In this document: positions 55,589 through 62,803 of the stretch, piece after piece
Layout of the letters: every line of letters starts with the position of its first letter
Numbering within the stretch: position 1 is the first letter of the stretch
DNA from: a virus
Lineage: Duplodnaviria > Caudoviricetes
IMG/VR virus record: IMGVR_UViG_3300030106_006483
Span: 1 to 62,803 of that record
DNA length: 62,803 bases
Strand: one strand, 5' to 3'
Program-made: the position numbers and the translations under genes
The notes under the pieces: generated by a model
The model's database searches: none
The model's input: the letters and a program-made list of their open reading frames with translations, nothing else
Told to the model about the DNA's origin: nothing

Positions 55589-57042
55589 TGAAAAAATATA
55601 GAGTAATAGGACCCCCGGGAACAGGTAAAACACGCAGTTTATTGGAAACTGTACAACAATATAGAGATAAAGGAATTGCTTTAGATGATATTGGATATTT
55701 TGCTTTTACCAGAAAAGCGGCCGGAGAAGCTAGAGATAGATTCTTAAAAGCAAATACAGAACTGACAAAAAAAGATATTAAATATTTTCAAACTCTTCAC
55801 TCGTTTGCATTTAATCAACTAGGATTAAAAGAAGAAAACGTAATGCAGGAAGCACACTATCAAAAGATTGGCGAGACATGTGGAATTCAGATTAAGTATG
55901 CCTCTCATGAAAAGAATCAATGGAATGGAATTTTTACATCTGACAGTGAGTACTTAAGTCTTATTAATTTAGCACGACTCCAACAGATTAGTCCTCTTGA
56001 ACAGTTTGATAAAAACGAACATTTGACATGGATTGAAAGATTTAAATTAGAAGCAATCGCTGCAGAAATAAATAACTATAAAAAAACCTACGGTCTTATT
56101 GACTATAATGATATGATTGAAAAATTTTTAAAGGCAGAAAGTAGTAAAGCTTTTAAAGTTATTATAGTAGATGAAGCGCAGGATCTTTCTAAACTACAGT
56201 GGAAAATGCTCGACGTTCTTATAAAAAACAGCGAAGAAAAATTTCAACCACATGTATGGGTGGCAGGAGATGATGATCAAGCTATTTTTGGATGGGCTGG
56301 AGCTGACGTTAGATCTTTTATTAATTTTAAAGGCAATGATATTAGATTAACTAAATCTCGAAGAGTTCCTATTAATGTACAAACAAAGGCTTTAGATATA
56401 ATAACTCGCGTAGGAGTACATAGACTTCAAAAAGATTATCTGCCAAGAGATGAAAAAGGTGAAATTATAGAACGTTTTAAATTAAGTGACATAGATCTTA
56501 CGCAAGGAGACTGGCTAATTTTAGCAAGGACTAATTCCTTATTACAACCAGTTCTTCCTTTTTTAAAAAGACAGGGTCTATTTTTTCAAACCGCTCAAGG
56601 AAACAGCATTGGCAAAACTTTACATGAAGATATAAAAATTTGGAATGAATTTGTTCAAGGATTAAATCCTCCAGATATAAAAAGACAAAGACTTGAAGAA
56701 TTAACAGGAGAAACTAATCTCAATGCTCATCTTACATGGTATGAAGCTTTTAAAAATGTACCTGTTACTAAAAAAGAATATATGAAAGCTATGTTAGTTA
56801 ATGGTGAAGACTTAAGTAAAGATCCCAGAATAAAAGTTTCAACAATTCATGGAGCAAAAGGTGGGGAAGCTACTAATGTAGTTCTATTTTTAAATCAAAC
56901 GGCGAATACTATCAAAGGAGCAAAAAAATCTCAAGAAAAACAAGATGAGGAATATCGTGTATGGTATGTAGGAGTTACTCGAACCAAACAAAATTTATAT
57001 TTAATAAAATCAAACAATAAAGGAAAAGAATTTAAAATATGA
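55588..57042 (+). CDS. UvrD/Rep-family SF1 helicase
   Basis: GPPGTGKT, DEAQD, GDDDQAIF, STIHGAKGGE, YVGVTR. Confidence 0.9.
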   Translation: MKKYRVIGPPGTGKTRSLLETVQQYRDKGIALDDIGYFAFTRKAAGEARDRFLKANTELTKKDIKYFQTLHSFAFNQLGLKEENVMQEAHYQKIGETCGIQIKYASHEKNQWNGIFTSDSEYLSLINLARLQQISPLEQFDKNEHLTWIERFKLEAIAAEINNYKKTYGLIDYNDMIEKFLKAESSKAFKVIIVDEAQDLSKLQWKMLDVLIKNSEEKFQPHVWVAGDDDQAIFGWAGADVRSFINFKGNDIRLTKSRRVPINVQTKALDIITRVGVHRLQKDYLPRDEKGEIIERFKLSDIDLTQGDWLILARTNSLLQPVLPFLKRQGLFFQTAQGNSIGKTLHEDIKIWNEFVQGLNPPDIKRQRLEELTGETNLNAHLTWYEAFKNVPVTKKEYMKAMLVNGEDLSKDPRIKVSTIHGAKGGEATNVVLFLNQTANTIKGAKKSQEKQDEEYRVWYVGVTRTKQNLYLIKSNNKGKEFKI

Positions 57043-57305
57043 AAAATCCATATGATAAACAAATTGGCGGATCACATTATCAGAAATTTAAAATTCAGCC
57101 AAGTAAATTCGTAATCGAAAATGAGTTGCTTTATCCTGAAGGTTGCGTTATAAAATATATCTTGAGACACAGACTGAAAGGAAAAAAACAAGATTTAGAA
57201 AAAGCAATTCACTTTATAGAAATGATTATTGAAAGAGATTACGCTACTAAAGAAATTAAAAAAGAAACTAAACCAACACCTAACTCCTGGGGGATAAATA
57301 AATGA
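57039..57305 (+). CDS. DUF3310 (T7 gp1.7-like nucleotide kinase family) protein
   Basis: QIGGSHY, GCVIKYILR, KQDLEKAIHF. Confidence 0.8.
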   Translation: MKNPYDKQIGGSHYQKFKIQPSKFVIENELLYPEGCVIKYILRHRLKGKKQDLEKAIHFIEMIIERDYATKEIKKETKPTPNSWGINK

Positions 57306-59143
57306 TGTTTGAAGCACAAACAGAATGGGTTAAGCCTGATGAATTTCCAGACTTAAGACAAGCAGATACAATTGCAATAGATTTAGAAACATATGATCCA
57401 GATTTAAAATCAATGGGATCAGGTTCTGTAATTGGTAAGGGTAAAGTTGTAGGGATTGCTGTAGCTGTTGATGGCTACTCAGGATACTTTCCTTTCGATC
57501 ATGAAGGTGGTGGGAACCTTGAAAAAAGTAAGGTAATTCAATGGTTTACGGACATTTGTCAATCCCCTTCAGATAAAATTTTTCACAATGCAATGTATGA
57601 TGTGTGTTGGATTCGATCGATGGGAATAAAAATAAATGGAAATATTTATGACACCATGATTGCAGCGTCACTCGTCAATGAAAATAGATTTAGATATGAT
57701 CTTAATAGTTTAGGTTGGGATTATGTTGGTAAAGGTAAAAACGAAACAGAATTAAGAGCTGCTGCTAATGAATGGGGAGTTGATCCTAAAGCAGACATGT
57801 GGAAGCTACCATCAATGTATGTTGGAACTTACGCAGAACGTGACGCAGAAATAACTTTAGCTTTATGGAAAGTCTTGCAAAAAGAATTAAGCGACCAGGA
57901 TCTAGGAGCTATTTTTGAATTAGAGACTGATCTTTTTCCTTGTCTGGTTGACATGCGATTTCTTGGTGTGAAAGTGGACGTGAGCAAAGCTCATGAAGTG
58001 AAGCGACAGTTAACATTACAAGAAGAAATGTTACTCCACAAAATAAAAAAAGACACAGGAATAGAACCTCAAATATGGGCAGCACGATCGATTGCCAAAG
58101 TTTTTGAAAAATTAAATTTACCTTTCGAACGAACTGCGAAAACACAAGCTCCATCATTTACAAAAAATTTCCTTTCGTCTCATGAACATCCTTTAGTTAA
58201 GATGATAGCAGAAGCGAGAGAAGTTAACAAGGCTCATACAACATTTATTGATACAATTATTCGCTATGAACATTGTGGGAGAATCCATGCAGATATTAAT
58301 CAAATTAGATCTGACAATGGAGGAACAGTAACTGGTAGATTTAGTTACTCTAACCCAAATTTACAACAAATTCCCGCTCGTAACAAAGACCTGGGTCCAT
58401 TGATCCGATCCCTCTTTATACCTGAGTCTGGTTGCGACTGGGGATGCTTTGACTACAATCAACAAGAGCCACGATTAGTAGTTCACTATGCATCCCTGGA
58501 TCAAGACGCAAGCGTCTTTAATGTAAAAAATGCCTACCAAGAAGGAGACGCAGACTTTCATACTATTGTTGCAAAGATGGCAGACATTCCTAGAAGTCAA
58601 GCTAAAACAATTAATCTAGGATTATTTTATGGAATGGGAAAAGCAAAACTTCAAGCAGAACTTGGGGTGAGTAAGGAAAAAGCAGAGGAACTTTTTTCTA
58701 TTTATCATAACAAAGTTCCATTTGTTAAGTCTTTAATGAAAGGCGTTTCTAACAGAGCCCAACAAAGAGGACAAATTAGAACATTGGGAGGGAGACTATG
58801 TCGTTTCCATTTATGGGAACCAAACACTTTTGGTATGCATAAAGCGTTACCATTTGAACAAGCAGTACAAGAACATGGTCCAGGTATTAGAAGGGCATAT
58901 ACATACAAGGCTTTAAATAAATTAATTCAAGGATCCGCTGCTGATATGACTAAAAAATCTATGTTAGAGTTATATAAAGAAGGAATTGTTCCTCATATAC
59001 AGATACATGATGAACTGGATATTTCTGTAGAAAGTGATAAACAAGCTAAATTAATTAAAGAAGTTATGGAATCAGCAGTTGACTTAGAGATACCAAACAA
59101 GGTAGACTATGAGTCCGGTAAAAACTGGGGAGACATACATTAA
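57302..59143 (+). CDS. polA: family A DNA polymerase with 3'-5' exonuclease
   Basis: DLET, FHNAMYD, TGRFS...PNLQQIP, DYNQQEPR, AKTINLGLFYG, QIHDEL. Confidence 0.95.
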   Translation: MMFEAQTEWVKPDEFPDLRQADTIAIDLETYDPDLKSMGSGSVIGKGKVVGIAVAVDGYSGYFPFDHEGGGNLEKSKVIQWFTDICQSPSDKIFHNAMYDVCWIRSMGIKINGNIYDTMIAASLVNENRFRYDLNSLGWDYVGKGKNETELRAAANEWGVDPKADMWKLPSMYVGTYAERDAEITLALWKVLQKELSDQDLGAIFELETDLFPCLVDMRFLGVKVDVSKAHEVKRQLTLQEEMLLHKIKKDTGIEPQIWAARSIAKVFEKLNLPFERTAKTQAPSFTKNFLSSHEHPLVKMIAEAREVNKAHTTFIDTIIRYEHCGRIHADINQIRSDNGGTVTGRFSYSNPNLQQIPARNKDLGPLIRSLFIPESGCDWGCFDYNQQEPRLVVHYASLDQDASVFNVKNAYQEGDADFHTIVAKMADIPRSQAKTINLGLFYGMGKAKLQAELGVSKEKAEELFSIYHNKVPFVKSLMKGVSNRAQQRGQIRTLGGRLCRFHLWEPNTFGMHKALPFEQAVQEHGPGIRRAYTYKALNKLIQGSAADMTKKSMLELYKEGIVPHIQIHDELDISVESDKQAKLIKEVMESAVDLEIPNKVDYESGKNWGDIH

Positions 59144-59152
59144 GGAGAAACT

Positions 59153-59254
59153 ATGGAAAAAATAAAAGTTCAAGTTCAAAAATTATGGCTAGATCATAAA
59201 ATTACTGCAGCGGCGGTAATTGTTGGTATTGTAATTGGCTCTATAATATTCTAA
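59153..59254 (+). CDS. 33-aa membrane peptide (not in ORF track)
   Basis: AAGGAG RBS; MEKIKVQVQKLWLDHKITAAAVIVGIVIGSIIF. Confidence 0.7.
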   Translation: MEKIKVQVQKLWLDHKITAAAVIVGIVIGSIIF

Positions 59255-59277
59255 ACTAATCTAACAGCGAGGGATCT

Positions 59278-59433
59278 ATGGAAGATAAAGCACAGAATAG
59301 GTGTAAGAATTGTAATTGTCTATGTCATTGTAGCAAAGATGCTCACAGTGATTTATATGGTTCTTGCAGTTGCGCAGATTGTGCATGTAATGATCCTAAA
59401 AATGATGGAGAAGAGTGTCTGTCATGTCAATAA
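59278..59433 (+). CDS. 51-aa Cys-rich metallothionein-like protein (not in ORF track)
   Basis: 11 Cys; GAGGG upstream. Confidence 0.7.
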   Translation: MEDKAQNRCKNCNCLCHCSKDAHSDLYGSCSCADCACNDPKNDGEECLSCQ

Positions 59434-59462
59434 AGTTAAAGGAACAACTATGAGGGTATTAA

Positions 59463-59675
59463 ATGAATACGAATCAGAAGTTGAGGATCCTGTTAGCACA
59501 AAAAAAGATTCTTAAGCTCCAAAGAGTAAAAAAATATTATATTGCATTGCTTTGGGGTGCATTAATCCTTTTAGCTCTATATGGGTCACCAGGGCATACT
59601 CCAAAGCCCTTATTGAAAATAGACCAAAAAGACTATATACTTCCTAAGCCAAAACCAAAGGTAAATAATGATTGA
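59463..59675 (+). CDS. small membrane protein
   Basis: basic N-terminus plus TM segment. Confidence 0.6.
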   Translation: MNTNQKLRILLAQKKILKLQRVKKYYIALLWGALILLALYGSPGHTPKPLLKIDQKDYILPKPKPKVNND

Positions 59676-59919
59676 AAAATTAATGACATTATTAGTCGGA
59701 ATTTTACTAGCCCTAGCTGGCTGGAGTCTGACTCGTACGTTCGAGCTGTCTACTCAACAAGCAGTGGTCTTAGATAAAGTAGATAAACTTGAAAGAACAG
59801 TAGAAAAGTTAGAAGATAAAATGGATCGTATGATGGATTCAGATGAAGAAATCATGGAACAACACGAAAAGTTATTTAAAAAATTAGAACAAGGCAACAC
59901 AGGGTATAGTTATAACTAA
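59668..59919 (+). CDS. N-terminal TM plus coiled-coil protein
   Basis: LMTLLVGILLALAGW then heptads. Confidence 0.65.
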   Translation: MIEKLMTLLVGILLALAGWSLTRTFELSTQQAVVLDKVDKLERTVEKLEDKMDRMMDSDEEIMEQHEKLFKKLEQGNTGYSYN

Positions 59920-60329
59920 TGGCACTCAAGATTTCAGAAGAAGCTAAAGTACAAATGCCGATGAAGACGGTTGCCAGCCTGATCGCGCTGGTCGCAATCG
60001 GCACATGGGCATATTTTGGGATCATTGAGACCCAAAACCGACTTTCCACGCAAGTAGAATTAATGTCTAAAGATTTAATTGAAAATACAGAATTTAGAAT
60101 CAAATGGCCGCGGGGCCAACTTGGTTCGCTTCCTGCAGATAGCGAACAATTTATGCTTATAGAACATATGAGTGGACAAGTAGAAAAAATAGAAACAGCA
60201 ATGCAGGATATGATGTCAAATACAGTTAACATAGAACGTTTACAAAAAGATGTAGAAAAGATATTATCTGATATTGAAAAATTAAAAGACAAGCAAAGAA
60301 CTTTTGCTAATGGAAACGGAACTCACTAA
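59919..60329 (+). CDS. N-terminal TM plus coiled-coil protein
   Basis: VASLIALVAIGTWAYFGI then heptads. Confidence 0.7.
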   Translation: MALKISEEAKVQMPMKTVASLIALVAIGTWAYFGIIETQNRLSTQVELMSKDLIENTEFRIKWPRGQLGSLPADSEQFMLIEHMSGQVEKIETAMQDMMSNTVNIERLQKDVEKILSDIEKLKDKQRTFANGNGTH

Positions 60330-60544
60330 TGGTTGAAATAGTTTTTGCATTATTAATGATAGTGGACCATGAAATTAAGGAACACTTACATATGGACAGC
60401 CTCTCAAAATGCCTTAAAGGGAAGCGTATCGCGGAGAGACAGTTAAAAGCTGAAAGTAGAGTGCAGTATAAATGCATTAAATCTAAAGCTAACACTGAAA
60501 TATATATGGGAGAGAAGAAAATTCTTTCTTTAATCCTTGAATAA
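60329..60544 (+). CDS. small two-Cys hypothetical protein
   Basis: VFALLM...SKCLKGKR...YKC. Confidence 0.65.
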   Translation: MVEIVFALLMIVDHEIKEHLHMDSLSKCLKGKRIAERQLKAESRVQYKCIKSKANTEIYMGEKKILSLILE

Positions 60545-60698
60545 AAAATCATACGCATTTTTCCTTAAAAAGAATAGACCAAGAAATAGGGTGGCTCAAC
60601 AATTAAGTGATGGACGTTACCAACCCCGTGTGGTAAAGAATAAAAAGGTATATAATAGAAAAAATAAATATGACGAAGATCAGGGATATAACGAGTGA
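60537..60698 (+). CDS. basic ArfA-like peptide (not in ORF track)
   Basis: TTG start; RNRVAQQLSDGRYQPRVVKNKKVYNRK. Confidence 0.45.
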   Translation: MNKKSYAFFLKKNRPRNRVAQQLSDGRYQPRVVKNKKVYNRKNKYDEDQGYNE

Positions 60699-60894
60699 AG
60701 TCATAGTACCAAGGCCAGTTAAAAAGACTCAAAACGATGAATCTTTTTTTATTGGACAAGTACCAATGGACACGCCACCAGAAACTACAGACATAGAAGT
60801 ATCTGGAAAGCAACCCATTAAACAACCTCACTTGGATTATTCGGAATCAACGGACATAGATACAAGATGGAAATCTATTAAGGATATATATTAA
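60670..60894 (+). CDS. hypothetical protein
   Basis: ORF track; coupled to next gene. Confidence 0.55.
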   Translation: MTKIRDITSEVIVPRPVKKTQNDESFFIGQVPMDTPPETTDIEVSGKQPIKQPHLDYSESTDIDTRWKSIKDIY

Positions 60895-61091
60895 TGATTA
60901 CAAAATTTTTAAATTGGATAAAAGGTTTATTCACGCCAACAAAAATAGAAAAAGATCCACACTTAGAACTATACGAAGATACTCCGGAGCCAGAAATTCC
61001 AGTATATGTTCCGTTTGTTTGCTCAACTCACGCGCGATTTAAAAAATCATGCGCAGACTGTCAAAAACAAGCTCAAGAACATGGCCGATAA
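60894..61091 (+). CDS. small protein with C-x2-H...C-x2-C motif
   Basis: CSTHARFKKSCADC. Confidence 0.6.
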   Translation: MITKFLNWIKGLFTPTKIEKDPHLELYEDTPEPEIPVYVPFVCSTHARFKKSCADCQKQAQEHGR

Positions 61092-61320
61092 AAAATTAAA
61101 ACTACTTCAAGAAGGTACTAAAATAGAAGCTGAAATAGTAAATGGAGATTGTCCTAATTGTAAGTCTCATACAGTTCTTGTATCAATATATGAATGTATT
61201 TTTAGGTGTATGACTTGTGGTTTTGATCTTGAACAAAAAGTTAATGGAAAAATAAGTTATATTCCTCATGGTGCAAGCAAGGGTGATATTAAATTAGAGT
61301 CTCCACATGGCCAGGATTAA
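61081..61320 (+). CDS. Zn-ribbon protein
   Basis: CPNC...CMTC; start moved to ATG 61081. Confidence 0.65.
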   Translation: MADKKLKLLQEGTKIEAEIVNGDCPNCKSHTVLVSIYECIFRCMTCGFDLEQKVNGKISYIPHGASKGDIKLESPHGQD

Positions 61321-61435
61321 ATTTACTAGCTTTACACCTAGAGACAAACCTCCAAAGCGTCCTAGAGTTCACAAAAAACGAAAAAATAAATCAGAAAAAA
61401 GAAGTTTTAAACCATACAACCGTCAGGGGAGATAA
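61307..61435 (+). CDS. 42-aa very basic peptide (not in ORF track)
   Basis: MARIKFTSFTPRDKPPKRPRVHKKRKNKSEKRSFKPYNRQGR. Confidence 0.65.
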   Translation: MARIKFTSFTPRDKPPKRPRVHKKRKNKSEKRSFKPYNRQGR

Positions 61436-61439
61436 CTTC

Positions 61440-61463
61440 CTGCCTTTAAAGAAATAAAGGCAG
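61440..61463. terminator. hairpin between convergent transcription units
   Basis: CTGCCTTTA-AAGAAA-TAAAGGCAG; U-rich run follows on minus strand. Confidence 0.55.
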
Positions 61464-61480
61464 AAAGAAAAAGGTGTGTG

Positions 61481-61500
61481 GTGTGACATTTATATCACAC
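61481..61500. promoter_or_regulatory. 20-bp imperfect palindrome, candidate operator
   Basis: GTGTGACATTTATATCACAC. Confidence 0.5.
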
Positions 61501-61506
61501 TCTATA

Positions 61507-61746
61507 TTAAGTCAAGCTTCCTTTTTTCTCAGGAGGATAATCCTTTTCCGGCATACAGAAAAATTTTATAATAGTTCCATATTCATTAATATCTTTTGGA
61601 CCAATTTCTTTTGCTTTATCTATAGCTTCATTGTAGCCGGCTAACATGCAGTCATAATGACTATCGTATCTCTCTGTCATGGGAAAGGGCTCCAAACATT
61701 GTTGGTAAACACTTGTACATATAATCATTGTTAAAATAAATTTCAT
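61507..61746 (-). CDS. small secreted/membrane Cys-containing protein
   Basis: MKFILTMIICTS...C...C...FFC; AGGGG RBS. Confidence 0.65.
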   Translation of the reverse strand: MKFILTMIICTSVYQQCLEPFPMTERYDSHYDCMLAGYNEAIDKAKEIGPKDINEYGTIIKFFCMPEKDYPPEKKGSLT

Positions 61747-61753
61747 AATCCCC

Positions 61754-61781
61754 TTGACATCTTTTAGAAGTTGTATATTAT
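61754..61781 (+). promoter_or_regulatory. sigma70-type promoter
   Basis: TTGACA-16-TATTAT followed by CCTA, as at 6891. Confidence 0.6.
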
Positions 61782-61807
61782 CCTATACTATATAACAAAA
61801 AGGAAAT

Positions 61808-61990
61808 ATGACAGACACAACTAAATTTAAAAACATTTGCGTTAATAAACCAACTTATAATAACGTAATTGTATTGAGTAAAGAAATATTTGAGGTGCCT
61901 TTGTCTTTGTCAAAGACTCTTGAATACATAGTAGAGAAAGAAATGAAAAGATTAAAAAAAGGTAAACCAAATGGAAACACCAAAGACTAA
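61808..61990 (+). CDS. putative ribbon-helix-helix DNA-binding protein
   Basis: FKNICV strand followed by two helices (LSLSKTLEYIV). Confidence 0.5.
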   Translation: MTDTTKFKNICVNKPTYNNVIVLSKEIFEVPLSLSKTLEYIVEKEMKRLKKGKPNGNTKD

Positions 61991-62153
61991 AATTTGTCCC
62001 AAGTGTAAAGGTAATGGGTATTTAAAAGCATTGATCGAAGAAGGACGTGAAGAAATTGTCCTTCAATGTTCTTTGTGTGAATCAGAAGGGGAAGTAAGTG
62101 AAACTAATAATCACTTGTATATTACTGCTGATGGTATGCACAAGTTGCAGTAA
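61971..62153 (+). CDS. DnaJ-type Zn-finger small protein
   Basis: CPKCKGNG ... CSLCESEG. Confidence 0.7.
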   Translation: METPKTKICPKCKGNGYLKALIEEGREEIVLQCSLCESEGEVSETNNHLYITADGMHKLQ

Positions 62154-62200
62154 AGACTTTGACCTTAACCCTTGGACAACTGTTTTAAAAAAAACACTTA

Positions 62201-62386
62201 ATGGTAAAGAAAGTAGTAATAAAAAGTAGTAACATAACTCCTAAACAATGGTCTGTACTATTGTTAGAGTTAAACTTAATAAAACAAGCATGGCGCCCAT
62301 ATGCTAAACTAGAACTTGAAGCGCCAGGTTTGAAAAAAATAATATCCTGGGGGACAAGAAAACATGATGACAAAGAAGATAAATGA
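62201..62386 (+). CDS. hypothetical protein
   Basis: ITPKQWSVLLLELNL..AW. Confidence 0.6.
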   Translation: MVKKVVIKSSNITPKQWSVLLLELNLIKQAWRPYAKLELEAPGLKKIISWGTRKHDDKEDK

Positions 62387-62570
62387 AATGGCCCAGCTTT
62401 GGGAAAAAACTAAAGATCCTAAATACAAAGATCTCTGGTATAAATACATAAAGGAGTTTGCAGATGGAATTAATAATTCTAACGGACGGGTTATACCATT
62501 TAGTCCCCGTAACAAAAGAAATGTTAAAGGGATTAAGTTTGATAAAACAAGTTGGTATAACTTGCTTTGA
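62364..62570 (+). CDS. hypothetical protein
   Basis: LWEKTKDPKYKDLWYK; overlaps neighbours. Confidence 0.5.
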   Translation: MMTKKINEMAQLWEKTKDPKYKDLWYKYIKEFADGINNSNGRVIPFSPRNKRNVKGIKFDKTSWYNLL

Positions 62571-62679
62571 TATGTGTGATATTTTGAGATTAAAACTAAC
62601 TACCTATTACGGTGAGCCGATAAATGCTCACGTGATGAATGATGGTAGTGGTGATTTTTTTGGATGTATATGCAGATAG
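62464..62679 (+). CDS. hypothetical protein
   Basis: AAGGAG upstream; C-x3-C ... GCIC. Confidence 0.55.
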   Translation: MELIILTDGLYHLVPVTKEMLKGLSLIKQVGITCFDMCDILRLKLTTYYGEPINAHVMNDGSGDFFGCICR

Positions 62680-62705
62680 ATTTGAAAAGGACCGGCGTCC
62701 AAATA

Positions 62706-62803
62706 ATGCCTCGCGCTATTCCCTGTACGTCAAGCTGTGACCCCCGCTATGGTAGGGGTAGCCTCGGAGCCTTTGCTCTCCTAGTAGTAAGTGCACTGAA
62801 CCT
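62706..62803. repeat. 98-bp terminal direct repeat (right copy)
   Basis: identical to 2-99. Confidence 0.95.

Noticed and set aside
7038-62515. Most short minus-strand ORFs inside plus-strand genes (e.g. 7038, 12771, 20456, 44799, 57909)
   Set aside because: Fully overlap well-supported genes; no RBS or motifs
62685-62803. tRNA or HDV-like/hammerhead ribozyme
   Set aside because: No cloverleaf or T-loop, no hammerhead core, and HDV P1/P2/P1.1 pairings could not be built
1-62803. Prophage, integrase or alternative genetic code
   Set aside because: No host flanks, att sites or recombinase recognised; long genes read intact in the standard code with all three stop codons in use

Overview
The window is an apparently complete, circularly assembled ~62.7-kb AT-rich dsDNA tailed-phage genome: positions 2-99 are repeated exactly at 62706-62803. 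Gene content and order resemble podovirus-like marine phages of the Pelagibacter phage HTVC023P/HTVC027P type, inferred from recalled gene content and not from a search. Modules: (i) small genes, peptide deformylase, exonuclease, candidate origin, TerS and resolvase (0.1-4.5 kb); (ii) a divergently transcribed early region (4.4-9.1 kb) with near-consensus sigma70 promoters, palindromic operators, polar heptamer arrays, a GP88-like Fe-S protein, an HxDGYP protein and an unexplained dual-repeat stem-loop array; (iii) TerL, portal, GroES, scaffold, capsid, tail, two Gly/Cys-rich fibres, four 2OG-Fe(II) oxygenases and ejection-type proteins (9.2-49.7 kb); (iv) M15 endolysin, SpeD-like decarboxylase, SNF2 helicase, SSB-like protein, AEP primase, UvrD helicase and PolA (49.8-59.1 kb); (v) small-protein cluster including unlisted metallothionein-like and ArfA-like ORFs (59-62.7 kb). 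No RNA polymerase, integrase, tRNA, Cas or reverse transcriptase gene was recognised. Best leads: the 6.27-6.51 kb alternating-repeat hairpin array and its neighbours, a double-pseudoknot leader at 23.53-23.60 kb, and an xxGG motif shared by many virion-module proteins. All family calls are by eye from motifs.
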